Notes: generated by a model from the letters alone, not told the origin. 64,000 nucleotides of DNA from Macrostomum hystrix (GCA_950097015.1 CATNEN010000002.1:1302001-1366000), one strand, 5' to 3'; positions 1-13,007 are shown, numbered from the stretch's first letter. A program made the numbers and translations.

Positions 1-943
1 CTAACATAACACATATTTCAAGAATCTCCATTGCCTCTTCAGGGACCTCCTAACATAACACATATTTCAAGAATCCCCATTGCCTCTTCAGGGACCTCCT
101 AACATAACACTTATTTCAAGAATCTCCATTACCTCTTCAGGGACCTCCTAACATAACACCTATTTCAAGAATCTCCATTGCCTCTTCAGGGACCTCCTAA
201 CATAACACATATTTCAAGAATCTCCATTACCTCTTCAGGGACCTCCTAACATAACACTTATTTCAAGAATCTCCATTGCCTCTTCAGGGACCTCCTAACA
301 TAACACATATTTCAAGAATCTCCATTGCCTCTTCAGGGACCTCATAACATAACACCTATTTCAAGAATCCCCATTACCTCTTCAGGGACATCATAACACA
401 ACACCTATTTCAAGAATCCCCATTACCTCGTCAGGGACCTCATAACATAACACCTATTTCAAGAATCCCCATTACCTCTTCAGGGACATCATAGCACAAC
501 ACTTATTTCAGGAAACTCCATTGCCTCTTCAGGGACCTCCTTACATAACACATATTTCAAGAATTTCCATTACCTCTTCAGGGACCTCATAACATAACAC
601 CTATTTCAAGAATCCCCATTGCCTCTTCAGGGACCTCCTAACATAACACTTATTTCAAGAATCCCCATTGCCTCTTCAGGGACCTCCTAACATAACACCT
701 ATTTCAAGAATCCCCATTGCCTCTTCAGGGACCTCCTAACATAACACATATTTCAAGAATCTCCATTGCCTCTTCAGGGACCTCCTAACATAACACATAT
801 TTCAAGAATCTCCATTGCCTCTTCAGGGACCTCCTAACATAACACATATTTCAAGAATCTCCATTGCCTCTTCAGGGACATCATAACATAACACCTATTT
901 CAAGAATCCCCATTACCTCTTCAGGGACCTCATAACATAACAC
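1..943. repeat. Minisatellite, 49-bp unit, about 19 copies (intron upstream of the PX exon; runs off the window)
   Basis: Unit CTAACATAACACATATTTCAAGAATCTCCATTGCCTCTTCAGGGACCTC. Confidence 0.95.
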
Positions 944-977
944 CAGATTAAAGCATCGCCTCACTCCGCATCCTCAG

Positions 978-3900
978 ATTATAATCTTCAAGCGCTTCTC
1001 GGACTTCCTACGTCTCCATCGTCAGCTGTCGGATCTGCACACGAAGCTGCAGCGTCGGGATCCGTTCCCAACAATGCCCGAGGCGTCCTACTTCAACCGA
1101 TTCGAGCCCGCCGTAATTGAAGAGCGGCGCCAAGCCGCCCAGACGACGCTGCAGTTCTGCGCTGACCAGCCGCACCTGCGCCAGCACGCTGTCTTCCGCG
1201 CCTTCTTCCAGACTGGCGTCCGCACCGCGGGACCGCCGCCTCCGCTGCCGCCGCCTGCCCAGGCTCCGACCGCAGCCGCTGCTTCGATTTCATCTTCAAA
1301 CTTTGGAATTCAAAGGTCGATATCTACAGCAGCAGCAGCTGCTGTGTCATCCTCGCCGGAGATTTCGTCTTCTTCTCCTACGGAAGCCAGCGGCATTGCG
1401 ACTTCTCCGCCGGCCTACACGCGATCGATTAGTGCAACTTCCGGCCTGCCAGATGTCTCAGAATTCGATCCATTTGTGGTGCAATCATCGGCTGGCGAAA
1501 GTCATCTACCGGCTGCCTCAACTTCGACACGAGGCGAGCAGAATTCCGATCTGCTCAATGGTGATCTGATGCTCACACTGCATTCGGAGGTGAGTGGCAT
1601 TTTCTGGCTAATTTTTACTGATTCTCACACTGTGCTCAAGTATCCTTATATTGTGCTCAAGCATCCTTATGCTGTGCTCAAGTATTCTTATACTGTGCTC
1701 AAGTATTCTTATACTGTGCTCAAGTATCCTTATACTGTACACAAGTATCCTTATGCTGTGCTCAAGTCTCCTAATACTGTCCTCAAGTATCTTTATACTG
1801 TGCTCAAGTATCCTTATACTGTGCTCAAGTATCCTTATACTGTGCTCAAATATAATCAAAATTTGCTCACAGATTCCCACACTGCCCCCACATCCACATA
1901 CTGTGCTCACAGATCCTTTCACTGTGCTCACCCATCTTATATTCACGCTGAGCTAACCTATCCATACATTGTGCTCACTGGTTTTCACTCTGTGCTCACA
2001 CATTCTCTCACACTGTGCTCACGCAATAATTATAGATCCTCGCATTACCAATATACTTTATTAAATCTACTGCTCATATATTCTCAAGATATCATTAGAT
2101 CCTAATTTTTTATTGGCTTTCGCAGATCACATTGCTGATCTTTAATAATCCCAAGTTTTTCCCATTGCAGCAAACTCCGATTGAGCTGGAAGACGAGATG
2201 CTCATGTCCCGACTGCAGTCACTCCGCGTGGTGACCAACAACGCCGCTGACTCCGGCTCTTTCACAGATGAGTTCGGCAGGCCAGATGAAGCCGGACTGC
2301 CACCCGCCCCGCCTCCCCTAGCAACACAGGAGCCCCTGTCGCCTCTGCTCGGCGCGTCCGGCTTCAGCTACGCGCCGCCCTACCTGGCCGAGGCGGCCAA
2401 TCACGTGACCGAAGCTCAGCGCCACGAATCAGCCGGCGACTTCGCTCTGGCATTCGCCGAATACAAAGCCGGCGTGGAGATCCTGCTAGGCGGCGTACAG
2501 TTGGACTCCGACACCGAGCGTAGGGCCGACGTGAAACGCAAAACTGAGCAGTACCTGCGCAGAGCTGAGGCAATCTACGATAAGTATTTGGATGCCGCAT
2601 CTGCTGTGAGTAGTGAGTGACGGCCGCGATTCAACTTCTTCTAGCTTTTTCTTCTAGTAGCGATTCGAAATAATCAACAGTAGAGAGAGCACGCTGTTTT
2701 GGCCTTGGGGGTATTTCAAATACCACCGCCTACTTCATCTGAATTGACATTTTTTGAGTCAGAGTCAGCGTCGTCGAGATATTGAGCGAAGACCCTGGTG
2801 ACAAGGACACCTGGACATTGACGATGTCGATGTTTTGTGATTCTGAAAGTTGTTTTATCAGATAAAGCGGAATATTTAAGAGATCCAGAAAAAATGTGCT
2901 ATTTGAAATACTCCCGAGCTCTTTCTGCTGTTAATCACAAAAGTACGTTTTTTATGCTATGTTAAATCTGTAAATATCCGTTTGTATATTTCAGGCGATC
3001 CAAAAGATCACCAGGCCTCATAAAGAGTTGCAAAATTACGCCGTTATCGGCACCGCCGAATCCGTCATTCTAGTCATTAATCGATTTACTCAGCAAAGAT
3101 TTGTTATTAAGGTGAGATTTCTGATGGATAATAATCGCAATGGGTAGAGAGCGGATGAGTAGTCAGGGTAGAGAGCGGATGAGTAGTCAGGGTAGAGAGC
3201 GGATGAGTAGTCAGGGTAGAGAGCGGATGAGTAGTCAGGGTAGAGAGCGGATGAGTAGTCAGGGTAGAGAGCGGATGAGTAGTCAGGGTAGAGAGCGGAT
3301 GAGTAGTCAAGGTAGAGAGCAGATGAGTAGTCAGGGTAGAGAGCGGATGAGTAGTCAGGGTAGAGAGCGGATGAGTAGTCAGGGTAGAGAGCAGATAAGT
3401 AGTCAGGGTAGAGAGCGGATGAGTAGTCAGGGTAGAGAGCGGATGAGTAGACAGGGTAGAGAGCGGATGAGAACACAGGTAGAGAGCGGATGAGTAGTCA
3501 GGGTAGAGAGCGGATGAGTAGACAGGGTAGTGAGCAGATGAGTAGACAGTGTAGAGAGCGGATGAGTAGTCAGGGTAGAGATCGGATGAGTACTCAGGGT
3601 AGAGAGCGGATGAGTAGTCAGGGTAGAGAGCGGATGAGTAGTCAGGGTAGAGAGCGGATGAGTAGTCAGGGTAGAGAGCAGATGAGTAGTCAGGGTAGAG
3701 AGCGGATAAGTAGTCAGGGTAGAGAGCGGATGAGTAGTCAGGGTAGAGAGCGGATGAGTAGACAGGGTAGAGAGCGGATGAGAACACAGGTAGAGAGCGG
3801 ATGAGTAGTCAGGGTAGAGAGCGGATGAGTAGTCAGGGTAGAGAGCAGATGAGTAGTCAGGGTAGAGAGCGGATGAGTAGTCAGGGTAGAGAGCAGATAA

Positions 3901-6900
3901 GTAGTCAGGGTAGAGAGCGGATGAGTAGTCAGGGTAGAGAGCGGATGAGTAGACAGGGTAGAGAGCGGATGAGAACACAGGTAGAGAGCGGATGAGTAGT
4001 CAGGGTAGAGAGCGGATGAGTAGACAGGGTAGTGAGCGGATGAGTAGACAGTGTAGAGAGCGGATGAGTAGTCAGGGTAGAGAGCGGATGAGTAGACAGG
4101 GTAGTGAGCGGATGAGTAGACAGTGTAGAGAGCGGATGAGTAGTCAGGGTAGAGATCGGATGAGTACTCAGGGTAGAGAGCGGATGAGTAGTCAGGGTAG
4201 AGAGCGGATGAGTAGTCAGGGTAGAGAGCGGATGAGTAGTCAGGGTAGAGAGCGGATGAGTAGTCAAGGTAGAGAGCAGATGAGTAGTCAGGGTAGAGAG
4301 CGGATGAGTAGTCAGGGTAGAGAGCGGATGAGTAGTCAGGGTAGAGAGCAGATAAGTAGTCAGGGTAGAGAGCGGATGAGTAGTCAGGGTAGAGAGCGGA
4401 TGAGTAGACAGGGTAGAGAGCGGATGAGAACACAGGTAGAGAGCGGATGAGTAGTCAGGGTAGAGAGCGGATGAGTAGACAGGGTAGTGAGCGGATGAGT
4501 AGACAGTGTAGAGAGCGGATGAGTAGTCAGGGTAGAGATCGGATGAGTACTCAGGGTAGAGAGCGGATGAGTAGTCAGGGTAGAGAGCGGATGAGTAGTC
4601 AGGGTAGAGAGCGGATGAGTAGTCAGGGTAGAGAGCAGATGAGTAGTCAGGGTAGAGAGCGGATAAGTAGTCAGGGTAGAGAGCGGATGAGTAGTCAGGG
4701 TAGAGAGCGGATGAGTAGACAGGGTAGAGAGCGGATGAGAACACAGGTAGAGAGCGGATGAGTAGTCAGGGTAGAGAGCGGATGAGTAGTCAGGGTAGAG
4801 AGCGGATGAGTAGTCAGGGTAGAGAGCGGATGAGTAGACAGGGTAGAGAGCGGATGAGAACACAGGTAGAGAGCGGATGAGTAGTCAGGGTAGAGAGCGG
4901 ATGAGTAGTCAGGGTAGAGAGCAGATGAGTAGTCAGGGTAGAGAGCGGATGAGTAGTCAGGGTAGAGAGCGGATGAGTAGTCAGGGTAGAGAGCGGATGA
5001 GTAGTTAGTCAGGGTAGAGAGCAGATGAGTAGTCAGGGTAGAGAGCGGATGAGTAGACAGGGTAGAGAGCGGATGAGAACACAGGTAGAGAGCGGATGAG
5101 TAGTCAGGGTAGAGAGCGGATGAGTAGTCCGGGTAGAGAGCAGATGAGTAGTCAGGGTAGAGAGCGGATGAGTAGTCAGGGTAGAGAGCGGATGAGTAGT
5201 CAGGGTAGAGAGCGGATGAGTAGTCAGGGTAGAGAGCAGATGAGTAGTCAGGGTAGAGAGCAGATGAGTAGTCAGGGTAGAGAGCGGATGAGTAGTCAGT
5301 GTAGAGAGCGGATGAGTAGTCAGGGTAGAGAGCGGATGAGTAGACAGGGTAGTGAGCGGATGAGAACACAGGTAGAGAGCGGATGAGTAGTCAGGGTAGA
5401 GATCGGATGAGTAGTCAGGGTAGAGAGCGGATGAGTAGACAGGGTAGAGAGCGGATGAGAACACAGGTAGAGAGCGGACGCGAAGACAGTGTAGAGAGGT
5501 AGAGAGCGGATGAGAACACAGTGTAGAAAGCGGATTATATCACAGGGTAGAGAGCGGATTAGAACACAGGGTAGAGAGCGGATGAGTAGTCAGGGTAGAG
5601 AGCGGATGAGCAGTCAGGGTAGAGAGCGGATGAGCAGTCAGGGTAGAGAGCGGATGAGTAGTCAGGGTAGAAAGCGGATTATATCAAAAGGTAGAGAGGT
5701 AGTGAGCGTATGAGAAAAAAAGGTAGAAAGCGGATTATATCACAGGGTAGAGAGCGGATTATATCACAGGGTAGAGAGCGGATTAGAACACAGGGTAGGG
5801 AGCGGATGAGAAGGCTGATCATCTAGCGAATAAAAAGCTATTGTTCTCAGCTAGTCATCGGCAACCTGAGCACAGGTCTCGAACCCCGCCCACTCTCCCC
5901 GGCATTGCAGAGCGTGTGCAAATCCGTATGCGACATGAGCGGCTTCCCAGTTGACGTGGCCTTCATGTGCCGCCTCCGAGCAGTGTTTGTATCCGACTGG
6001 ACCCAGTACCTCCTACTCGACTGCGTCCCTGGCGGTCGCCTGTACGATTTCGTTCGTCGGCATCGGTCAGACGACGGTCAAGACTTCGACGCCAGATGTC
6101 GATGCGATGTCAGCGACGCTAAAGACGTTGGCATTGAGTCCGCTAAAAGTGAAAAAGCCGACGACGATGATGGAGGATTCGTTGATTCCAGAACCACCGG
6201 GTTGTCAATTTTGAATTCCTCTGTTCGAGTATTTCATTCCGTAGCCTCCGGGACAACAGTAACGCCCCAGCAACGGCAGCAGCAGCAGCAGCAGCAGCAA
6301 AGGTCTAAGGGCTCTTTAACATGTAAAGCAGTGAGGGATTCATCTATCTGCGATCAATCTTATGCCCAGCTGTTCAACAACTATTTGGCTTCTTCAGCCG
6401 CTCATGAAACTGGTCAATCTGCAGCAGCAGCAACAACTGCGTCAGCTTTTGTTGAACTCGGAGGCGGCAGCGTTGACACTTCCAAAGATGGTAAGACAGC
6501 TTTGCTAACTGCTTCTGGAAGAGGTCATTTGACTGCCTTGATATCTGATTTGAAAAGGGGTCACTTGGCCCCCTTAACATTGGTAAAATATTCGAGAAGA
6601 GGTCACTTGACCCCCTAGGTATCTGGTTTGAGAATAGGTCACTTGGCCCCCATGATATCTGATTCGAGAAGAGGTCACTTGACTCCCTAGGTATCTGATT
6701 CGAGAAGAGGTCACTTGACCCCCTAGGTATCTGGTTTGAGAATAGGTCATTTGCCCCCCTTAATTTCTAATTCGAGAATGGTCACTAGAAAATTCAAGGG
6801 GAGGTCAGACGACCCCACTGCAAGCAGCTCTTGTCTCCCATGATTTCCAGTTGACTCAGACGACGGTCTCCGCAGTCATCCAGCCGTGGCAGCGGGGGCC

Positions 6901-8840
6901 TCGTCCAGCAATCCGGCCGGTCGCTATCGCGGTCGCGCTCTCTCGTCAGTTTTCGCCCAGATTATCGACTCAGTGCTGCAGCAGCAGCGGCGTGGCGGGT
7001 CAGCTGGAAGCCAGTTTTGGCAGCAGCAGCAGCGACCAGTCGCCGCCCTGCCCGAATCCTGCGTTCGCCAATGGGGAGCCGAGCTGCTCACCGGCCTTGC
7101 TCAGCTGCACTCCCGAGGGCTCTACTTCGGCTGCCTGCTGCCTAGCGATGTGTTGCTAGGCGACCGGGGTCACCTGAGGCTCACCTATCGCTATAGGAGG
7201 ACTCGGCTGGGCCAGGCGCTAAGAGCCAGTCCCTACTGCGCACCCGAGTGGCGCCGCTACCCGGGGGCAACGCCTGTTAGGCCGCAGGTGAGCCAAGGCC
7301 CAGGGCAGCTGGCAGGGGTCATTGACCCCTCCTTCAAATCATTGCAAAGCTCTACTTGACCCAGAGTTCATCACAGATCGATAGCCCTTTCTCTCTCCAT
7401 GTGTTCTCCCCATGGCGGCAATGTAATGGGGAGGTCACTGACCCCCACTACTATAAGGTTTCGTGGAGAGGTCACTAACCCCCACTGGCTGCGAGGTTAT
7501 TGGGGCAGTTCACTCACCCCCACTGATTCCGAAATCTACGGGGAGGTCACTGACCCCACTGATTCCGAAATATACTGGGAGGTCACTGACCCCACTGATT
7601 CCGAAATATACTGGGAGGTCACTGACCCCACTGATTCCGAAATATATGGGGAGGTCACTGACCCCACTGATTCCGAAATATACTGGGAGGTCACTGACCC
7701 CACTGATTCCGAAATATACTGGGAGGTCACTGACCCCACTGATTCCGAAATATACTGGGAGGTCACTGACCCCCACTGATTCCGAAATATACGGGGAGGT
7801 CACTGACCCCACTGATTCCGAAATATACGGGGAGGTCACTGACCCCACTGATTCCGAAATATATGGGGAGGTCACTGACCCCACTGATTCCGAAATATAC
7901 TGGGAGGTCACTGACCCCACTGATTCCGAAATATACTGGGAGGTCACTGACCCCACTGATTCCGAAATATACTGGGAGGTCACTGACCCCACTGATTCCG
8001 AAATATACTGGGAGGTCACTGACCCCACTGATTCCGAAATATACTGGGAGGTCACTGACCCCCACTGATTCCGAAATATACGGGGAGGTCACTGACCCCA
8101 CTGATTCCGAAATATACGGGGAGGTCACTGACCCCACTGATTCCGAAATATACGGGGAGGTCACTGACCCCACTGATTCCGAAATATACTGGGAGGTCAC
8201 TGACCCCACTGATTCCGAAATATACTGGGAGGTCACTGACCCCCACTGATTCCGAAATATACTGGGAGGTCACTGACCCCCACTGATTCCGAAATATACG
8301 GGGAGGTCACTGACCCCACTGATTCCGAAATATACGGGGAGGTCACTGACCCCACTGATTCCGAAATATATGGGAAGGTCACTGACCCCCACTGATTCTT
8401 AAATATATGGGGAGGTCACTGACCCCAACGACTCGTATTTAGAAGACGTACGGGGGTCACGTGACCCCAAATGTCTTTGAGAGGAGGTTAACGTGAGGTA
8501 AACGGACTATTCTCACTTCAAGATCTATTTGTGAATTCAACACCTGTTGAGTAGTCTGAGCAGCTCCTGCTTATGCTCAAAACTCCAGGTTGGCGACTGG
8601 TGGAGTCTTGGCTGTCACCTGCTGCTCATGCTCACGGGCGACTGCATCTGCGGAGCTGTTCAGCCGCCTCCTCCGCTGCCGCAGTGGCTGAGCCCGGAGG
8701 CGCGGCACCTGCTGGATCAGCTGCTCTGCCAGGAGCCGCGGCACCGCCTCGGCGGCGGCTCTCAGGGCGCTGACGAGATTCGGCAGCACGCGTTCTTTCG
8801 CGGCGTCGACTGGGTCGGAATTGCCGCCAAAGCCTTCTAG
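978..8840 (+). CDS. RPS6KC1: RPS6KC1-like (S6 kinase delta-1/RPK118-like) PX + MIT + split pseudokinase; 5'-partial; exons 978-1589, 2126-2605, 2995-3111, 5851-6490, 6851-7287, 8589-8840
   Basis: PX segment IIIFKRFSDFLRLHRQL...RFEPAVIEERRQ; MIT helix AFAEYKAGVEILLGGVQLDSDTERRADVKRKTEQYLRRAE; kinase N-lobe ELQNYAVIGTAESVILV...FVIK in a 117-nt exon absent from the ORF track; C-lobe LLPSDVLLGDRGHLRLTY, YCAPE, DWWSLG. All junctions are GT-AG with matching phases (0,0,0,1,0). The first exon(s) lie upstream of the window. Confidence 0.88.
1625..2012. repeat. Intronic minisatellite, 21-bp unit, decaying at the 3' end
   Basis: Unit TACTGTGCTCAAGTATCCTTA. Confidence 0.9.
2704..2918. mobile_element. 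Possible MITE: 215 bp with 23-bp imperfect terminal inverted repeats, in an RPS6KC1 intron
   Basis: CTTGGGGGTATTTCAAATACCAC at 2704 versus the reverse complement of 2896-2918 (3 mismatches); no clear target-site duplication. Confidence 0.45.
3142..5812. repeat. Intronic minisatellite, 24-bp unit, about 110 copies, with higher-order blocks
   Basis: Unit ATGAGTAGTCAGGGTAGAGAGCGG; the 23-bp variant ATGAGAACACAGGTAGAGAGCGG delimits blocks. Confidence 0.97.
6505..6790. repeat. Intronic degenerate minisatellite, about 36-bp unit
   Basis: Recurring GAGAAGAGGTCACTTGACCCCCTAGGTATCTG with period 36. Confidence 0.85.
7425..8430. repeat. Intronic minisatellite, 36-bp unit (occasional 37), about 27 copies
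   Basis: Unit GACCCCACTGATTCCGAAATATACTGGGAGGTCACT. Confidence 0.96.
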
Positions 8841-8934
8841 GGCTGCAGAACCTCTGCGCTGGCGGCCTCATGCTGGCGATGTTCCCAAATATACTACGTT
8901 TTTGTTTTTTAATCCCCTCTTAACAATCCCCTCT

Positions 8935-9150
8935 CCTAAGTCTGTATACTATCCCAAATATCCCCTTCGCAAAGAGTCTATATTATCCCAAATCCCTTTT
9001 GCTAATATGGTATGTTATCCCAAATATCCCCTTTGCTGATCGTGTATAATATCCCAAATGTCCCCTTTGCACAGAGTGTATACTTTCCCAAAAATCCCCT
9101 TTGCTAAGAAAGTATATTATCCCGAAATCCCTTCTCCCAAGACTTCCCCA
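8935..9150. repeat. Degenerate tandem repeat 3' of the RPS6KC1 stop
   Basis: Recurring TATATTATCCCAAATATCCCCTTTGC-like units. Confidence 0.65.
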
Positions 9151-9796
9151 AGATCAGAGTTGATCCCTTAACTCTGACTTTTCCAACACTCCCTTCCTAA
9201 TACTAAGTTAAGGTGTCCCGAGCCTCAATGCTGTGGTTGCTACGCGGATACTGAAGGTCACGTGACGCCTTGTGGGAAGCCTGTTTTCTCATGTCGCTCA
9301 AACATGTTGCTCCGCCTTCAAAGCTCTCATGTTTTCAATGATTGACTGTTCACACCTATTAAATAGATTTTTTTATTCAGCATTTCATTATGAACCTGAG
9401 ATCAAATTTTACAAGTGCCAAATAAAATTAGTTTTCTGTTTCCTAGAAAACTAGGAATTCTTTCTTAGAATCTGTTTAAACTGTGTATTATTGTTTAATT
9501 AGTCTTAACTCACTACTAATGTTTCTGGCCAGTAGTATGCAGCGAAATTATGCAGAAAATATAATATTTTCGCTTTTTATTAACTGGATTAGTGTTTTGC
9601 TATTGTGAATTGTGAATGTATTTTTTACCATAGATCAGCACACACAATATAGTTGCCAATATTCATTCGTTCTGTCCTTGCATTGTACCCGGCTCATGGC
9701 TAGCAACCGCTTTACCTGTGTTCAATTGCGAGTTTTTTAATCAATTGGTTTCAGAGTTTCTGGAGTTAAAAAAAATCGAACCACTATCAAACCTAC

Positions 9797-10370
9797 AAGA
9801 TCCCCATCAGAGATCCCACCCAACTGATCTCATCACAGATCCCACTAAACTGATCCCATCAGGGATCCCACCCAACTGATCTCATCACAGATCCCACTAA
9901 ACTGATCCCATCAGAGATCCCACTCAACTGATCCGATCAGAGATCCCACTAAACTGATCCCATCAGAGATCCCACTCAACTGATCCCATCAGAGATCCCA
10001 CTCAAATGATCCCATCAGAGATCCCACTAAACTGATCCCATCAGAGATCCCACTAAACTGATCCCATCAGAGATCCCACTCAAATGATCCCATCAGAGAT
10101 CCCACTAAACTGATCCCATCAGAGATCCCACTAAACTGATCCCATCAGAGATCCCACTCAAATGATCCCATCAGAGATCCCACTAAACTGATCCCATCAG
10201 AGATCCCACTCAACTGATCCCATCAGAGATCCCACTCAAATGATCCCATCAGAGATCCCACTAAACTGATCCCATCAGAGATCCCACTCAACTGATCCGA
10301 TCAGAGATCCCACTCAACTGATCCCATCGCAGATCCCACCCAACTGATCCCATCGCAGATCCCACCCAAC
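9797..10370. repeat. Minisatellite, 26-bp unit
   Basis: Unit ACTGATCCCATCAGAGATCCCACTAA. Confidence 0.95.
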
Positions 10371-10611
10371 CAAAAAAGTTTTAGTTGCGATACAAATCTG
10401 GCTTCCCAGTTGCGTGGAGCCAGGAGCTTAAGCTGTGAAAATATTGCGATTCTATTACTGTTATAAGTATTCGTATATACGCTGGTATATTACATTAGAA
10501 AGTACGTTCAATCGCCATATGAAAACATATTTATGAACAAAAAAACCAAAAGCTATGAGAATTGATATTTTGTCCTCAAACGGTGTCCTGTTCGCAGCTC
10601 AGCATAGGTAT

Positions 10612-11430
10612 TTAATCGTTGTGGTCTTCTTCTTGAAAATACGTGGCGACAGGAGCGTGGTAAAATCTGAGGGGTTTCGGAAATGTGAAAAGGCAGTATT
10701 TTAGTGTATTGATACGTAGGCTTAAATAAATATTCTGTACATTTACACCTAAGTCCTAACTCATTCAGCCAGCGCTTATTCACCCGCCTCACTCCGCCAG
10801 TACTTAGTCACTCCACCTCCCTCCGCCAGCACTTATTCACCCGCCTCACTCCACCAGCACTTATTCACCCGCCTCACTCCGCCAGCACTTATTCACCCCA
10901 CCTCCCTCCGTCAGCACCTAGTCACTCCACCTCACTCCGCCAGCACTTATTCACCCGCCTCACTCCGCCAGCACTTATTCACCCGCCTCACTCCGCCAGC
11001 ACTTATTCACCCGCCTCACTCCGCCAGCACTTATTCACCCGCCTCACTCCGCCAGCCCTTATTCACTCAACCACAGAAATTTTCTCCCAACTCCCAACTT
11101 ACTTGAACTCCAGCAGTCGCTGCTTGCACAGCCGATTTCTGCAAACGTGCACACTAGTCATAAAATCTCTATGCATGTAGGGCAACAGAAAGCCGAATCC
11201 TAGCAGAAGACTGAAAATGAGTGCATTAATGAGTGCTTCCGGCTGTCTTTATGAGTCTGTAACGTCGGTTCTGTTAGACATAAAACTCACGGAAAGGTCA
11301 GAAACCCGAATAGCAGCGAAAGAAAATCTTGATACCACGAGACCTCCTGCTTCACCTCGGAGCCCAAGCTGCCGCATTTGGGACAGACTAGTTGAGAACA
11401 GGCGACCTCTTTCCTAACTAAGATGCTCAT
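10612..11430 (-). CDS. Predicted small CxxC protein (76 aa minimum, LITAF-like half domain?); exons 11430(11451)-11291, 11138-11103, 10666-10612; possible upstream exon 11738-11654
   Basis: Consensus donors GTGAGT (11290) and GTAAGT (11102); acceptors TTTGCAG (11139) and CCCTCAG (10667). Phase 2/2 joins give MSILVRKEVACSQLVCPKCGSLGSEVKQEVSWYQDFLSLLFGFLTFPNRLCKQRLLEFKFYHAPVATYFQEEDHND*. Confidence 0.5.
10770..11070. repeat. Minisatellite, 28-bp unit (inside the last intron of the predicted hidden gene)
   Basis: Unit CACTTATTCACCCGCCTCACTCCGCCAG. Confidence 0.93.
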
Positions 11431-11916
11431 GGCTGCCTTGCGCCAACTCGTCTTTGAGCACAAATAAGTAAAAAAATTTCCTAGCTCGTATATTCTAGTG
11501 ACGATCGATAAAATGCATGAAAAATCTTAAGGGAAGTCTATGGGCAAAGCGTACTTCGACATGCTTGGGAGCCATGCAGTTAAGCAATCGATGAAATCGA
11601 TACAGTAGGATAATCATTAGGAAGGGAAAAATTCAAATCTCTAGAAGTCTTACCACTTCTAACTGTTGCGACGTTGGTTCGAGTCCTCGTTGATTTTCAG
11701 GCAATATCGGAATTTCTCCTTTTTGTCTATTTCTTTCTCTGATCGGAATTTGAGATCACGTGATGAGGATGAGTCACGGCTAAACACCTAAGGTCGCCCA
11801 ACTCCCTCCGCTTCCCATCGTTCATATTCAGTCAAGCCTCACAATCCCATGACATTTGAGTATCCTTGACCCCATTATCGTAAACAAGAGGCTATATAGT
11901 TAATCGAGTTGTTAAG

Positions 11917-13007
11917 TGGATAGCATGAGATATCAGGGAGATAGCATGAGATATCAGGGAGATAGCATGAGATATCAAGGGAATACCATGAGATATCAAA
12001 GGGATAGCATGACATATCAAGGGGATAGCATGAGATATCAAGGGGATAACATGAGATATCAAGGGGATAGCATGAGATATCAGGGAGATAGCATGAGATA
12101 TCAAGGGAATACCATGAGATATCAAAGGGATAGCATGACATATCAGGGAGATAGCATGAGATATCAAGGGGATAGCATGAGATATCAAGGGGATAACATG
12201 AGATGTCAAGGGGATAGCATGAGATATCAAGGGGATAGCATGAGATATCAAGGGGATAGCATGAGATATCAAGGGGATAGCATGAGATATCAGGGAGATA
12301 GCATGAGATATCAAGGGAATACCATGAGATATCAAAGGGATAGCATGACATATCAGGGAGATAGCATGAGATATCAAGGGGATAGCATGAGATATCAAGG
12401 GGATAACATGAGATGTCAAGGGGATAGCATGAGATATCAAGGGGATAGCATGAGATATCAAGGGGATAGCATGAGATATCAAGGGGATAGCATGAGATAT
12501 CAAGGGGATAACATGAGATATCAAGGGGATAGCATGAGATATCAAGGGGATAGCATGAGATATCAAGGGGATAACATGAGATATCAAGGGGATAGCATGA
12601 GATATCAGGGAGATAGCATGAGATATCAAGGGAATACCATGAGATATCAAAGGGATAGCATGACATATCAGGGAGATAGCATGAGATATCAAGGGGATAG
12701 CATGAGATATCAAGGGGATAACATGAGATGTCAAGGGGATAGCATGAGATATCAAGGGGATAGCATGAGATATCAAGGGGATAACATGAGATATCAAGGG
12801 GATAGCATGAGATATCAGGGAGATAGCATGAGATATCAAGGGGATAGCATGAGATATCAAGAGGATAGCATGAGATGTCAAGGGGATAGCATGAGATATC
12901 AAGGGGATAGCATGAGATATCAAGGGGATAGCATGAGATATCAAGGGGATAGCATGAGATATCAAAGGGGATAGCATGAGATGTCAAGGGGATAGCATGA
13001 GATATCA
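11917..13007. repeat. Minisatellite, 21-bp unit, about 52 copies
   Basis: Unit AGCATGAGATATCAAGGGGAT. Confidence 0.96.

Noticed and set aside
3090-5713. Many long ORFs on both strands (SSALYPDY, SSQGRERM repeats)
   Set aside because: Translations of a 24-bp intronic array; frames break at every 23-bp variant; they lie inside a phase-consistent intron.
8453-9266. CLEAR/TFEB motifs GTCACGTGAC at 8456 and 9257
   Set aside because: The first is a variant of the array core and the second lies 3' of the gene; none seen in the GAA promoter, where it would be expected.
11676-11686. B-box-like GGTTCGAGTCC
   Set aside because: No upstream A box or SINE body; overlaps a candidate minus-strand exon.
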